Positions 28,126 through 46,303 of a stretch of 64,000 bases of DNA are shown here, piece after piece. The first letter of the stretch is position 1. Each line of letters starts with the position of its first letter. This DNA is from an uncultured Actinomycetes bacterium (GTDB lineage: Bacteria; Actinomycetota; Thermoleophilia; Gaiellales; Gaiellaceae): assembly GCA_963838795.1 (NCBI GenBank), contig CAWISL010000005.1, forward strand, positions 120,092 through 184,091, in the 5' to 3' direction. The notes under the pieces are model-generated. The model saw only the letters and a program-made list of their open reading frames with translations, had not been told where the DNA came from and did not search any database. The position numbers and the translations under genes are program-made.

Positions 28126-29331
28126 ATGACGGTGGAGCCCGGAACATTTGGCACGCTGCGGGAGCTAAACCGCCTCCGGGTCGTCGACGCGCTCCGGCGC
28201 GCGGGAACCGCCAGCCGCACCGACCTCGCGCGCACGACCGGGATCTCGAGGACGACGGTGGCGACGCTGGTGTCGGACCTCCAGGCCCGGGGCCTGATCG
28301 TCGAGATGCCGGACGCCCGAGCGGAGCCGACGGGACGCGGCCGCCCGCCGGTGCTCCTCCGTCTCGACGCGGCCGCCGGCGCCGCTCTGGGCGTCGACTT
28401 CGACCACCGCCACGTCCGGGTGGGCGTGGCCGACCTCTCGTCGACCGTTCTCGCGGAGCGCCTGGTCGAGCTCGACGTCGACAGCGCTCCGGAAGACGCG
28501 CTCGACGCGGCGGCCGAGCTCGCGGAGGACGTGTTGTTCGAGGCAGGGGTCGACCGCAGCCGCGTCATCGGCGCGGGGATGGCGCTCGCGGCTCCCATCG
28601 ACAGCGAGAAAGGCGTGCTCGGGTCGACCGTGCTTCCGAACTGGGCAGGCATCCAGGCGGGCGAGGAGCTTTCGCGCCGGCTCGAGATCCCCGTCGAGCT
28701 CGACAACGACGCCAACCTCGGGGCGCTCGCGGAGGTCTCCTTCGGCGCGGGGCGCGGGCACGCCGACGTCGTCTACGTGATGATGTCCGCGGGCATCGGC
28801 GCGGGGCTCGTTCTCGGCGGACGCCTCTACCATGGCGCGACCGGGATCGCGGGTGAGCTGGGTCACATCCAGGTGCGCCCCGAGGGCGCCGTCTGCCGCT
28901 GCGGCAGCCGCGGCTGCCTGGAGACCGTCGCCTCCACGGGCGCGCTCCTCTCGCTCCTGCGCCCTACGCACGGCCCGGATCTGACGCTGCCCGGGATGCT
29001 GGAGCTCGTCGCCGACGGCGACCTTCCCGCCCGGCGCGTCGTCAACGACGCCGGCCGGGCGGTCGGCAGAGCGCTCGCAGACCTGTGCAACTACCTGAAT
29101 CCGGCCGCGATCGTCGTCGGTGGCGATCTCAGCCTCGCCGGCGACGCGCTCCTCGACGGCGTGCGCGAGGAGATCGAGCGCTACGCGCTCCCGGGAGTGG
29201 CCCAGGCCGCGGCCGTCAAGGCCGGAGTCCTCGGGGACCGAGCCGAGGTGCTCGGTGCCATGGCCCTCGTGATCGCGGACACCGAGCGCCTGCGCTCGGC
29301 CGGCCTGGCGCCGATCGGCACGCTGCGCTAG
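28126..29331 (+). CDS. ROK family transcriptional regulator (divergent from xylF)
   Basis: N-terminal wHTH (LRRAGTASRTDLARTTGISRTTVATLVSDL). ROK body (GVDFDH..., NDANLGALAE) and zinc motif GHIQV...CRCGSRGCLE. Confidence 0.9.
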   Translation: MTVEPGTFGTLRELNRLRVVDALRRAGTASRTDLARTTGISRTTVATLVSDLQARGLIVEMPDARAEPTGRGRPPVLLRLDAAAGAALGVDFDHRHVRVGVADLSSTVLAERLVELDVDSAPEDALDAAAELAEDVLFEAGVDRSRVIGAGMALAAPIDSEKGVLGSTVLPNWAGIQAGEELSRRLEIPVELDNDANLGALAEVSFGAGRGHADVVYVMMSAGIGAGLVLGGRLYHGATGIAGELGHIQVRPEGAVCRCGSRGCLETVASTGALLSLLRPTHGPDLTLPGMLELVADGDLPARRVVNDAGRAVGRALADLCNYLNPAAIVVGGDLSLAGDALLDGVREEIERYALPGVAQAAAVKAGVLGDRAEVLGAMALVIADTERLRSAGLAPIGTLR

Positions 29332-29494
29332 GAGGGGTTGGCGGAACGTCGCTCGTCGTCGGGATGCGATGGTCGTTCCGAGACAAGGACGCAGGGAGCG
29401 TTCGTAGCCGGAGGCTACGGGCGCGACTGAGGACGAAGTCCTCGGGGCGAGCAGCGCGGCCCGGCGGCACAGGCTGCGTTTCGCCAAACCCTCC
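29331..29494. other. Structured convergent intergenic region (nested hairpins; probable bidirectional terminator, possibly an sRNA)
   Basis: ggaggggttggcggaacg (29331-29348) is complementary to cgtttcgccaaaccctcc (29477-29494): 16 Watson-Crick pairs, 1 G-U, 1 mismatch. Inner hairpins are gtagcc-gga-ggctac (29404-29418) and gaggac-gaa-gtcctc (29429-29443). Confidence 0.4.
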
Positions 29495-29500
29495 TAGAGG

Positions 29501-30522
29501 CTAGCTAGACGGGGCAGACGGATAGCGCAGGATGCTCTCGGCGAGCTTCGACGCGTCGCCGAAGATCCCCGCGATCGCGAGGCCCTCGTCGGGGACGACG
29601 CTCCCCGGCAGCAGCGCCGCCTGGCGGATCGCCGCAGCCTTGCCGACGTGGCAGTCGGCCCCGATCGCGGCCGGGCCGCGGATCTGCGCGCCCGCCTCGA
29701 CGGTGACGTTCGGTCCCAGCACCACCGGCCCGTCGATCATGGCGTCGTGGTAGATGCGGCAGCCTTCCTCCGCCCAGACGCCCGGGGCGATCTCCTCGCC
29801 CGGGATGTCCACGCGGACGTGGCCGAGCACCGCGTCGAGGATGGTGTTGCGGAGCTCATCGAGATCGCCGACGTCGTTCCAGTAGGCCATCGTCGTGTAC
29901 GCGTAGACCTCCTCGCCCGCGGCCACGAGGCTCGGCCAGACGTCCTCGCCGAAGTCGTAGAACGTGTCCGGCGGGATGCGCTCGAGCAGCTCGGGCTCGA
30001 TCACGTAGATGCCGCAGTTGGCGAGGTCGCTCCGGGCCTCGTCCCGCCGCGGCTTCTCCTGGAAGCCGCGCACCCGCGTGTCGCGGTCGAGGATGACGAC
30101 GCCGTAGGAGGACGGGTCCGGCACGGGCTTGACGGTCAGCGTCGCCAGGGCGCCCGTCCGTTGGTGGTGGCCGAGCAGCGCGGTCAGGTCGACGTCGTGG
30201 AGACCGTCGCCCGACGTGATCAGGATCGTCTCGTCCCCCCAGTAGTCCTGTAGCTTCTTCGTCCCCCCGGCGGTTCCCAGGAGCTCCGGCTCCTCCGACC
30301 AGAGGATGGACATGTCGAGCGCGGCGCCGTCGCCGAAGTAGCGCTGGATCATCTCCGGGAAGGCGTGCAGGTTGATCCCGACCTCGGTGACGTCGTGGCG
30401 TCGGAGCAGGTTGAGGAGGTGGTGCAGGACCGGGCGGTTCGCGACCGGCATCATCGGCTTCGGGAGAAAGTCGGTGAGCGGGCGGAGGCGCGTCCCGAGA
30501 CCGGCGGCCATGACCATCGCCT

Positions 30523-30526
<4 letters not shown>
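29501..30526 (-). CDS. NDP-sugar pyrophosphorylase (nucleotidyltransferase + left-handed beta-helix domain)
   Basis: [28 protein letters not shown]...GTAGG...ANCGIYV. C-terminal hexapeptide-like repeats. ATGA overlap with the mtnA stop. Confidence 0.85.
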
Positions 30527-33194
<2,668 letters not shown>

Positions 33195-33223
<29 letters not shown>

Positions 33224-33908
33224 GCCGGTCCGGGCCCTCGCGCAGGCGCTCGTCGGCGACCCGGAGGTCCTTGGGCGTGTTCACCGTCAGCCAGAGGCCG
33301 GCGTGGCGAAACGCTCCCAGCCGGCCCCGCTCGGCTAGCTCGGGGAAGGTCGTCGCCTCGTGGTCGCCCCGCTCCGGCAGAGCCTCGAGGGCTTCCTGCC
33401 CGAGGACGTAGACGCCGCAGCTGACCCAGTGCGGCAGGAGGGCTGCCTCCTCGAAGCCCGTGACGCGGTCGTCCGCGTCCAGCTCGACAACGCCGAAGGG
33501 AGAGCGTGGATGCGCGACGACGATCGTGGCCGCGCAGCCCCCCTTGCGGTGGCGCTGGAGGAGCCCGGCGAGATCGACGTCCGCGAGCTCGTCGCCGTTC
33601 AGGGCGAAGACGTCTCCCGTCTCCAGCCGGGCTGCGGCGGCCAGGCGGAGACCGCCGCCGCGGCCGAGCGGCGCCGGCTCGGGAACCGCCACGACCTCGG
33701 CGCCCAGGCCGGCCAGCTCGGACTCGAAGAGCTGCTCCTGCCCGACGGCGCAGCTGACGAGCACCCGCCCGACTCCGGCGGCGACGAGCAGTGCCACTTG
33801 ATGGGCTGCCAGAGGCCGTCCGGCGACCTCGACCAGCGCCTTCGGCCGGCCGCCCGCGGCCGCGCCGAGACGCTCGGCCTTGCCGCCGGCGAGGATGATC
33901 GCCTCCAC
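33195..33908 (-). CDS. Nucleotidyltransferase (sugar-1-phosphate nucleotidylyltransferase-like)
   Basis: GTG start. EAIILAGGKAERLG...RPKALVEV...NGDELADVDL...CGVYVL. Confidence 0.8.
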
Positions 33909-33920
33909 GGAACCGCGTCT

Positions 33921-35846
33921 CTAACCGGTCAGGGGCTTGAGGCCCTTGGCGATCGCGAGCATCGTCTCGTTCGAGAGATCATTGCGGAGCGTGTTCACGA
34001 CCCAGTAGACGGCCCCGTTCTGCTCGAAGGCGACGATGTGCAGCTTCGCGCCGCTGAAGAAGAGCTTGTACTGCCGGCCGGCGATCGTCCGCTCGAGCGT
34101 CGGGTCGTCGAGGATGGGAGGCTCCTCCCAGCCGGTCTGCTGGATGCCCCAGAACGTGTTCTGCCCGGTGTTGTACGTGAGCCGGACCGCGCGCTCGTCG
34201 GCGAGCTTGTAGGCGCGGATGCCCTCGTCGTCGTCGATCGAGGAGCCCGACTCCCGCACCGTCGGCACCATCAGCGGGAAGTCGACCTCCTTCCGCAGCT
34301 GGCGGAGCGCGGGCGTGATCGACGTCCTGTCGGTGACGACATCGGGGCGCTGGCGCTCGGGCGTGTCGTCGGTCGGCGCGGGGCCGAGAGTCCCCTGGAA
34401 CGTCTTCCCGACAATGACCTGCAGCGTCGTTGACAGCTGCTTGCCGCCCGGCGCCTCCTCGACCTCGGCGTCGCCGAAGAGCTCCGCGACCTCCTGGGCG
34501 GCGACCCTGCCCCCCTCGACCTCGGGGTCGTAGAGCACCCGGGTGCGGAAGTAGTCGAAGTTGTCGGCGTTGCCGCCGTTTCGGGTCTGGTAGCCGATCT
34601 GGCCGAGGAGCACCGCGGCCTCGTCCGCCGAGCCGTCCTCCCCGTTCCCGTTGAGGATCTTGATGCTCACCGCAGACGGCGGCGGCCCGGTCTCCTCCTT
34701 CGGCTTCTGCCCGGTGGCCACCGTGATCGCCCGCTCAGAGGAGCTCACGTCCGGGTTCGAGAACCGGCGGACCGCCTCCTGGAGCGAGCTGTCGGAGACC
34801 TCGAGCTCGAAGTAGCCCGAGACGCCCTCGAGGGGCACTTGCTGGAAATGGCCGGCGGGAAGGCCGTAGAGGGCGTTCGCGTAGCCAAGCACCTCGCCGG
34901 AGCTGATCGGCTTGCCGCCGCCCTTGGCCACCTCGATGTTCTCGGTGACCGCCTTGACGATGCCCGGCAGCTCGAAGATGTCCCAGGCACTCGAGACCCG
35001 CTGCTTCAGCGCCTTCACGAACTCCTGCTGACGGACGACCCGGTACAGGTCGGAGTCGGTGTGGCGGAAGCGGACGAAGTCGAGGGCGTCGTCACCGTTC
35101 AGGAGCTGGTACCCGGGCTTGAGGTCGAGCATCGGGTACCCCTGATCGGGGATGTCGTTGAAGTAGCGCTGGTCGACGTCCATGTAGACGCCGTCGAGGC
35201 GGTCGACGATCTTCTTGAACGCGCGGAAGTTGATCGTGATCAGGTAGTTGATCGGGATCCCGGTCAGCTTCTTGACGGTCGAGATCGTTCCGCGGGTGCC
35301 GCAGTACGCATATGCCTCGTTGATCCGGCCGGTCCAGGGCGAATGCCCCTGACAGCCCGGATGCGAGACGACGAGGTCGCGCGGGAACGAGAGCATCGTG
35401 ACCGCGTTCTCGTCCGGATCGACCCTGACGAGCATCACCGTGTCCGACCTGGAGCCCGCGGCCGAGGCCCCGGCCTGCTGGTCGTAGCCGATGATGATCG
35501 CGACCGCGGGCTCGTCCGCGCCCGAGATCTCGGCCAGCTCCTGCGCTGCTGCGCGGTTCTCCGGGGAAGTAGCGCGAAGCGCCGACACGCTGTGGTCGAA
35601 GTAGAGCTTGACGCCCCCCGCCAGGGCTCCGGCGGCCACCAGGACGGCGACTACGAGCCACATCACGCCCTTCAGGAGGAGCTTCAGCGGATTCCGCCGC
35701 ACGCGGTACAACGAGCGCCCAGCTCCCGTCTCGGGGGGCGGCGGCGGCGGCGCGGTCGCGGGCTCGAGCGGCGGGAGCGGGCCAGGTGGTAAGGCACCGT
35801 TCCCGTTTGCCGACCGCTTGGTGCCTCTCTTCAGAGTCGTGCGCAT
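33921..35846 (-). CDS. LytR-CpsA-Psr (LCP) family cell-envelope transferase with LytR_C and an extra C-terminal domain
   Basis: ATG 35846. Pro-rich cytoplasmic tail, one TM segment (VMWLVVAVLVAAGALAGGV). LCP core: SDTVMLVRVDP...LSFPRDL...INYLITINFRAFKKIVD...ALDFVRFRH. Then IKILNGNG... Confidence 0.85.
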   Translation of the reverse strand: MRTTLKRGTKRSANGNGALPPGPLPPLEPATAPPPPPPETGAGRSLYRVRRNPLKLLLKGVMWLVVAVLVAAGALAGGVKLYFDHSVSALRATSPENRAAAQELAEISGADEPAVAIIIGYDQQAGASAAGSRSDTVMLVRVDPDENAVTMLSFPRDLVVSHPGCQGHSPWTGRINEAYAYCGTRGTISTVKKLTGIPINYLITINFRAFKKIVDRLDGVYMDVDQRYFNDIPDQGYPMLDLKPGYQLLNGDDALDFVRFRHTDSDLYRVVRQQEFVKALKQRVSSAWDIFELPGIVKAVTENIEVAKGGGKPISSGEVLGYANALYGLPAGHFQQVPLEGVSGYFELEVSDSSLQEAVRRFSNPDVSSSERAITVATGQKPKEETGPPPSAVSIKILNGNGEDGSADEAAVLLGQIGYQTRNGGNADNFDYFRTRVLYDPEVEGGRVAAQEVAELFGDAEVEEAPGGKQLSTTLQVIVGKTFQGTLGPAPTDDTPERQRPDVVTDRTSITPALRQLRKEVDFPLMVPTVRESGSSIDDDEGIRAYKLADERAVRLTYNTGQNTFWGIQQTGWEEPPILDDPTLERTIAGRQYKLFFSGAKLHIVAFEQNGAVYWVVNTLRNDLSNETMLAIAKGLKPLTG

Positions 35847-35944
35847 GGAGGAAAGTCGCCGGTGGGCGACGCGCTGAGGATACCGAAGGTCACAGTCGTC
35901 CCTGCGGGTTCTACCGTCCCCGGCGGTCTCCTCCGCGAGCCTCG

Positions 35945-39595
<3,651 letters not shown>

Positions 39596-39637
39596 GGACG
39601 AATTGTGCCCTCAGCGGCGCGTTTTGAGGGGTCCAGG

Positions 39638-40069
39638 TCAGCCGCGGCCGGCGACGGCGATCTTGTTCTCCGCGTGGCGGAGGCGCTGCTCGACCTTCCA
39701 GCGGTCGTCCTCGTCCGCGCCGGCGTCGATCCGCTCGAGGAGGGCGCGGGCCTCCTCGGCCTCGCGGCGCGCCTCCTCGACGTCGATCTCCCCGGCGCGC
39801 ACGGCGTCGTCGACGAGGACGAGCGCGCGGTCCTGTTGCACCTTGAAATACCCCGGCCCGGCAGCGAACGCTTCCCAGTTTCCGCCCGTCTTGATGCGGA
39901 TCTCGCCCGCCTTCAGCATCGCCACGAGCGGCGCGTGCCGCGCGAGCACGCCGATCTCGCCCGAGACGCCGGGCACGATCAGCATCTCGGCCTCGCCCTC
40001 GTAGGCGGCGCCTTCCGGCGTCACGAGCGAGAGGTCGAAGGTGCGGACTGCGCCCTCTTGCGTAGCCAT
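39638..40069 (-). CDS. atpC: F0F1 ATP synthase epsilon subunit
   Basis: 143 aa: LSLVTPEGAAYEGEAEMLIVPGVSGEIGVLARHAPLVAML. Directly downstream of atpD. Confidence 0.9.
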   Translation of the reverse strand: MATQEGAVRTFDLSLVTPEGAAYEGEAEMLIVPGVSGEIGVLARHAPLVAMLKAGEIRIKTGGNWEAFAAGPGYFKVQQDRALVLVDDAVRAGEIDVEEARREAEEARALLERIDAGADEDDRWKVEQRLRHAENKIAVAGRG

Positions 40070-40080
40070 CCGGGACCTCC

Positions 40081-42148
<2,068 letters not shown>

Positions 42149-42207
42149 ACCTGCTCAGACGATAGCGAGAGGCGGAGGTTAGGCTTGGAACCCGGCGGCC
42201 CGAAGAC

Positions 42208-43100
42208 CTACATCCGGGTGACGCGGTCGAGCCTGAGCCTGGCCCGCTCGGCCTTCCGCTCGCGCTGGCGGCGCGGATCCGGCACGGGCACGGCAGCGAA
42301 GAGCGCCCTCGTGTACTCGTCCTTCGGGCTCGAGTAGACCTGCTCCGCGGGCCCGACCTCGACGAGCTTGCCCTGGTTCATGACGGCGATCTCATCGGCC
42401 ATGGTGCGGACGACGGCGAGATCGTGGGAGATGAACAGGTAGGTGAGCCCGAAGTCCCGCTGTAGGTCCTTGAGGAGATTGAGGATCTGCGCCTGAATCG
42501 ACACGTCGAGCGCGGAGACCGGCTCGTCGCAGATGATGAGCTTCGGGTTGAGCGCGAGGGCGCGGGCGATGCCGATCCGCTGCCGTTGGCCGCCGGAGAA
42601 CTCGTGCGGGTAGCGGTTCGTAAAGTTCGGGTTGAACCCGACCACCTCGAGCAGACGGCGAACCGTCTCGGTCCTGCCCTTGCGCGTTCCCATCCCGTGC
42701 ACCTCGAGCGGCTCCGAGACGATGTTCCCGACGGTCATGCGCGGGTCGAGCGACGAGTAAGGATCCTGGAAGACGATCTGCATGTCCTGCCGCATCTGCC
42801 GCAGCTCTTCCTTCTTGAGCTGAGTCAGCTCCTTGCCCTGGAACCGGATGGAGCCGCCCGTCGGCTTCATGAGCTGCAGGACGCAGTAGCCGGTCGTCGA
42901 CTTTCCGGAGCCGGACTCGCCGACGAGCCCGAGGGTCTTGCCTTCGGGGATCGAGAAGGAGACGCCGTCCACGGCCTTCACGTAGCCGACCGTCCTCTCC
43001 CACAGGATCCCCTTGCGCACGGGGAAGTGCTTCTGCAGGTCCGTGACCGTGAGGAGGACGCCGTCCTGGTTCGGGAGCGTCGTGGCCGCGGGTGCCTCGG

Positions 43101-43104
<4 letters not shown>
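42208..43104 (-). CDS. Oligopeptide/dipeptide ABC transporter ATP-binding protein (OppF/DppF-like)
   Basis: Walker [10 protein letters not shown], signature FSGGQRQRI, Walker [13 protein letters not shown], and the oligopeptide C-terminal region. Confidence 0.9.
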
Positions 43105-44112
<1,008 letters not shown>

Positions 44113-44200
44113 CAACGAGCCACCCGCTAGTGCCCCTCTAGGTGATGCTGCTGTGCTTCTGCGTTGCGAGCGCCACGCCAGAGTCCGCACTCGACCGAAG

Positions 44201-44221
44201 CCAAGGCTGAGGAAGCCTTGG
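44201..44221 (-). other. Perfect 8-bp stem hairpin inside the 182-nt oppC-oppD spacer
   Basis: ccaaggct-gagga-agccttgg. Confidence 0.3.
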
Positions 44222-44294
44222 TGAGGGCGAGGGTGGGCTCTGGCGCCGCCTGATCGCGGGGCAGAAGTGCGGCGTGCATTGCCTGGTGGGGCAC

Positions 44295-45260
44295 CTAGGT
44301 CTCCCTCGTGCGCGGGTCGAGGGCGTCGCGGAGCCCGTCGGCGATGAAGTTCGCGCAGAGCACGAGGGCCGCGATGAAGAGGCACGGGATCCAGAGGTCG
44401 AGGGGGTGCGTCCGGTACGCCTCACGGCCCTCGCTCGCGAGCGCGCCCCACGAGGCATCGGGCGGGTTGATGCCGAGCCCGATGAACGAGAGGAACGCCT
44501 CGCCGAGGACGACGGTCGGCAGCTCGAGGAAGACGAAGATGATCAGCACGCCGAGCGTGTTCGGAAGCAGATGGCGGACGAGCACCCGGTGCCAGCGGGC
44601 GCCGACGGCATGCGCCGCCCGGACGTAGTCGTTCTGCTTCAGCGTGATCACCTGCCCCCGCACGATGCGCGCCGCCGTGAACCAGCTCGCGATCGTCAGC
44701 GCGATCACCATCGTCCAGAAGTTGACCGTCCCGATGATGGCGAGGGCGAGGATGGCGAAGGGCAGGTAGGGCAGCCCGTAGAGCGCGTCCAGAAAGCGCA
44801 TCATCCCGTTGTCGAGTCGTCCGCCGACGAACCCGGAGATCGAGCCGTACGCGATGCCGATCACGAGGATGGCGAACGTGGCGGCGAAGCCGATGGCGAT
44901 CGACACCTGGCCGCCCTTGGCGACCCGGGTCCAGAGATCGCGACCGAACTGATCGGTGCCGAACGGATGCTCGAGCGACGGAGGCAGGTACGTCTCCGCG
45001 AAGTTCACCTCGTTGGGGTCGATGTCGAAGATCGTCGTCCAGATCCCCGGGATGATCCAGAAGCCCGGGATCAGGAAGCAGTAGAGCAGGATCACCGTGA
45101 AGACGATCGCCGCGGCGACAGCGCCCTTGTTGCGCAGGTAGCGGCGGTACGCGTCGCGCCACAGGCTCGTCTGGCGAACGGGCTCGCCGGCCGACTCCGC
45201 GAGGGGCGGCGCTGGGACCGGCGCCTCGAGCGTCCGCGCTTCGGGGGGGATAACGGACAT
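44295..45260 (-). CDS. Oligopeptide/dipeptide ABC transporter permease (OppC/DppC-like)
   Basis: 321 aa: HPFGTDQFGRDLWTRV...; the BPD transport EAA-type loop YVRAAHAVGARWHRVLVRHLLPN. Confidence 0.9.
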   Translation of the reverse strand: MSVIPPEARTLEAPVPAPPLAESAGEPVRQTSLWRDAYRRYLRNKGAVAAAIVFTVILLYCFLIPGFWIIPGIWTTIFDIDPNEVNFAETYLPPSLEHPFGTDQFGRDLWTRVAKGGQVSIAIGFAATFAILVIGIAYGSISGFVGGRLDNGMMRFLDALYGLPYLPFAILALAIIGTVNFWTMVIALTIASWFTAARIVRGQVITLKQNDYVRAAHAVGARWHRVLVRHLLPNTLGVLIIFVFLELPTVVLGEAFLSFIGLGINPPDASWGALASEGREAYRTHPLDLWIPCLFIAALVLCANFIADGLRDALDPRTRET

Positions 45261-45267
45261 CAGCGCG

Positions 45268-46209
45268 TCACGTCCTGCTCGTCCGGGTCCGCGGGTCGAG
45301 GAACCCGTACGCGATGTCCACGAAGAGATTCGCCAGGATGATCACGACCGACGTCAGGACCGTGATCCCCATCACTACCGAGTAGTCGCGGTTGGACACC
45401 GAGCTCACGAAGTAACGGCCGATGCCCGGGATCGAGAAGATCACCTCGATCACGAACGTCCCCGTGATGATGAGCCCGAAGAGCGGCGCGGTCGCCGTCA
45501 CGACCGGGATGAGCGAGTTTCGGAACACGTGGCGGGTGACGACGCTCTTCCAGCGCAGCCCCTTCGCGCGTGCCGTACGCACGTAGTCCTGCTGCATCGT
45601 CTCCAGCATCGTCCCGCGCACGAGCCTGGCGAAGTAGGCCATCGGGAAGAGCCCGAGCGCGAGCGACGGCAGGATGACGCGCGAGTCGATGTCCCAGAAG
45701 CCGAGCGGCCACCCGTTGGTCGGGAAGACGTTGACCTTGAGCGCGAAGTAGTAGATGAGCAGGGTGGCGATGAAGAAGCTGGGTAAGGCAAAGCCGATGC
45801 TCGAGAAGAACATCAAGAGGTAGTCGTAGAGCGTGTTCGGTCTCAGGGCGGCGATGATCCCAGCCGGGATGCCGAAGAGGATCGCCCAGATGAACGCGAG
45901 CACGCCGAGCTTCACCGACCGCGGGAAGTGCTCCTTGACGATGTCGGTCACGGAGCGGTCGCGCAGGACGAGCGACGGGCCCAGGTCGAGCGTGAACACG
46001 CCCTTCACATAGAGCAGGTACTGCATGTACCAGGGCTTGTCGAGGTTGAACTTCCGCTCGAGATTGGCCTGGACCTGCGGGGGCACCGCCCGCTCCGTGC
46101 GGCGGAAGGGGTTCCCCTCGATCTGCCGCATCATCATGAAGATCATGAAGATGACGAGCAGGAGGACCGGAATCGTCCAGAAGATCCTCCTGATGATGAA
46201 CGCTGCCAT
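45268..46209 (-). CDS. Oligopeptide/dipeptide ABC transporter permease (OppB/DppB-like)
   Basis: MAAFIIRRIFWTIPVLLLV...YVRTARAKGLRWKSVVTRHVFRNSLIPV. Confidence 0.9.
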   Translation of the reverse strand: MAAFIIRRIFWTIPVLLLVIFMIFMMMRQIEGNPFRRTERAVPPQVQANLERKFNLDKPWYMQYLLYVKGVFTLDLGPSLVLRDRSVTDIVKEHFPRSVKLGVLAFIWAILFGIPAGIIAALRPNTLYDYLLMFFSSIGFALPSFFIATLLIYYFALKVNVFPTNGWPLGFWDIDSRVILPSLALGLFPMAYFARLVRGTMLETMQQDYVRTARAKGLRWKSVVTRHVFRNSLIPVVTATAPLFGLIITGTFVIEVIFSIPGIGRYFVSSVSNRDYSVVMGITVLTSVVIILANLFVDIAYGFLDPRTRTSRT

Positions 46210-46253
46210 CTAGGTTGGATTGTCTACCCGTTGGCGACCGTTTGCCAACAGGA

Positions 46254-46283
46254 GTGGGCGGGGCGCCGAAGCGCCCCGCCCAC
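46254..46283 (-). terminator. Strong hairpin after the substrate-binding protein gene (attenuator or mRNA stabiliser)
   Basis: gtgggcggggcgc-cgaa-gcgccccgcccac: perfect 13-bp stem, 21 nt past the SBP stop. Confidence 0.5.
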
Positions 46284-46303
46284 CGACCTGAAGCCGACTG
46301 CTT

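Noticed and set aside
44113-44294. 50-codon ATG ORF (MHAALLPRDQAAPEP...) in the oppC-oppD spacer.
   Set aside because: No ribosome-binding site, unremarkable composition, and it spans the hairpin. Treated as non-coding.
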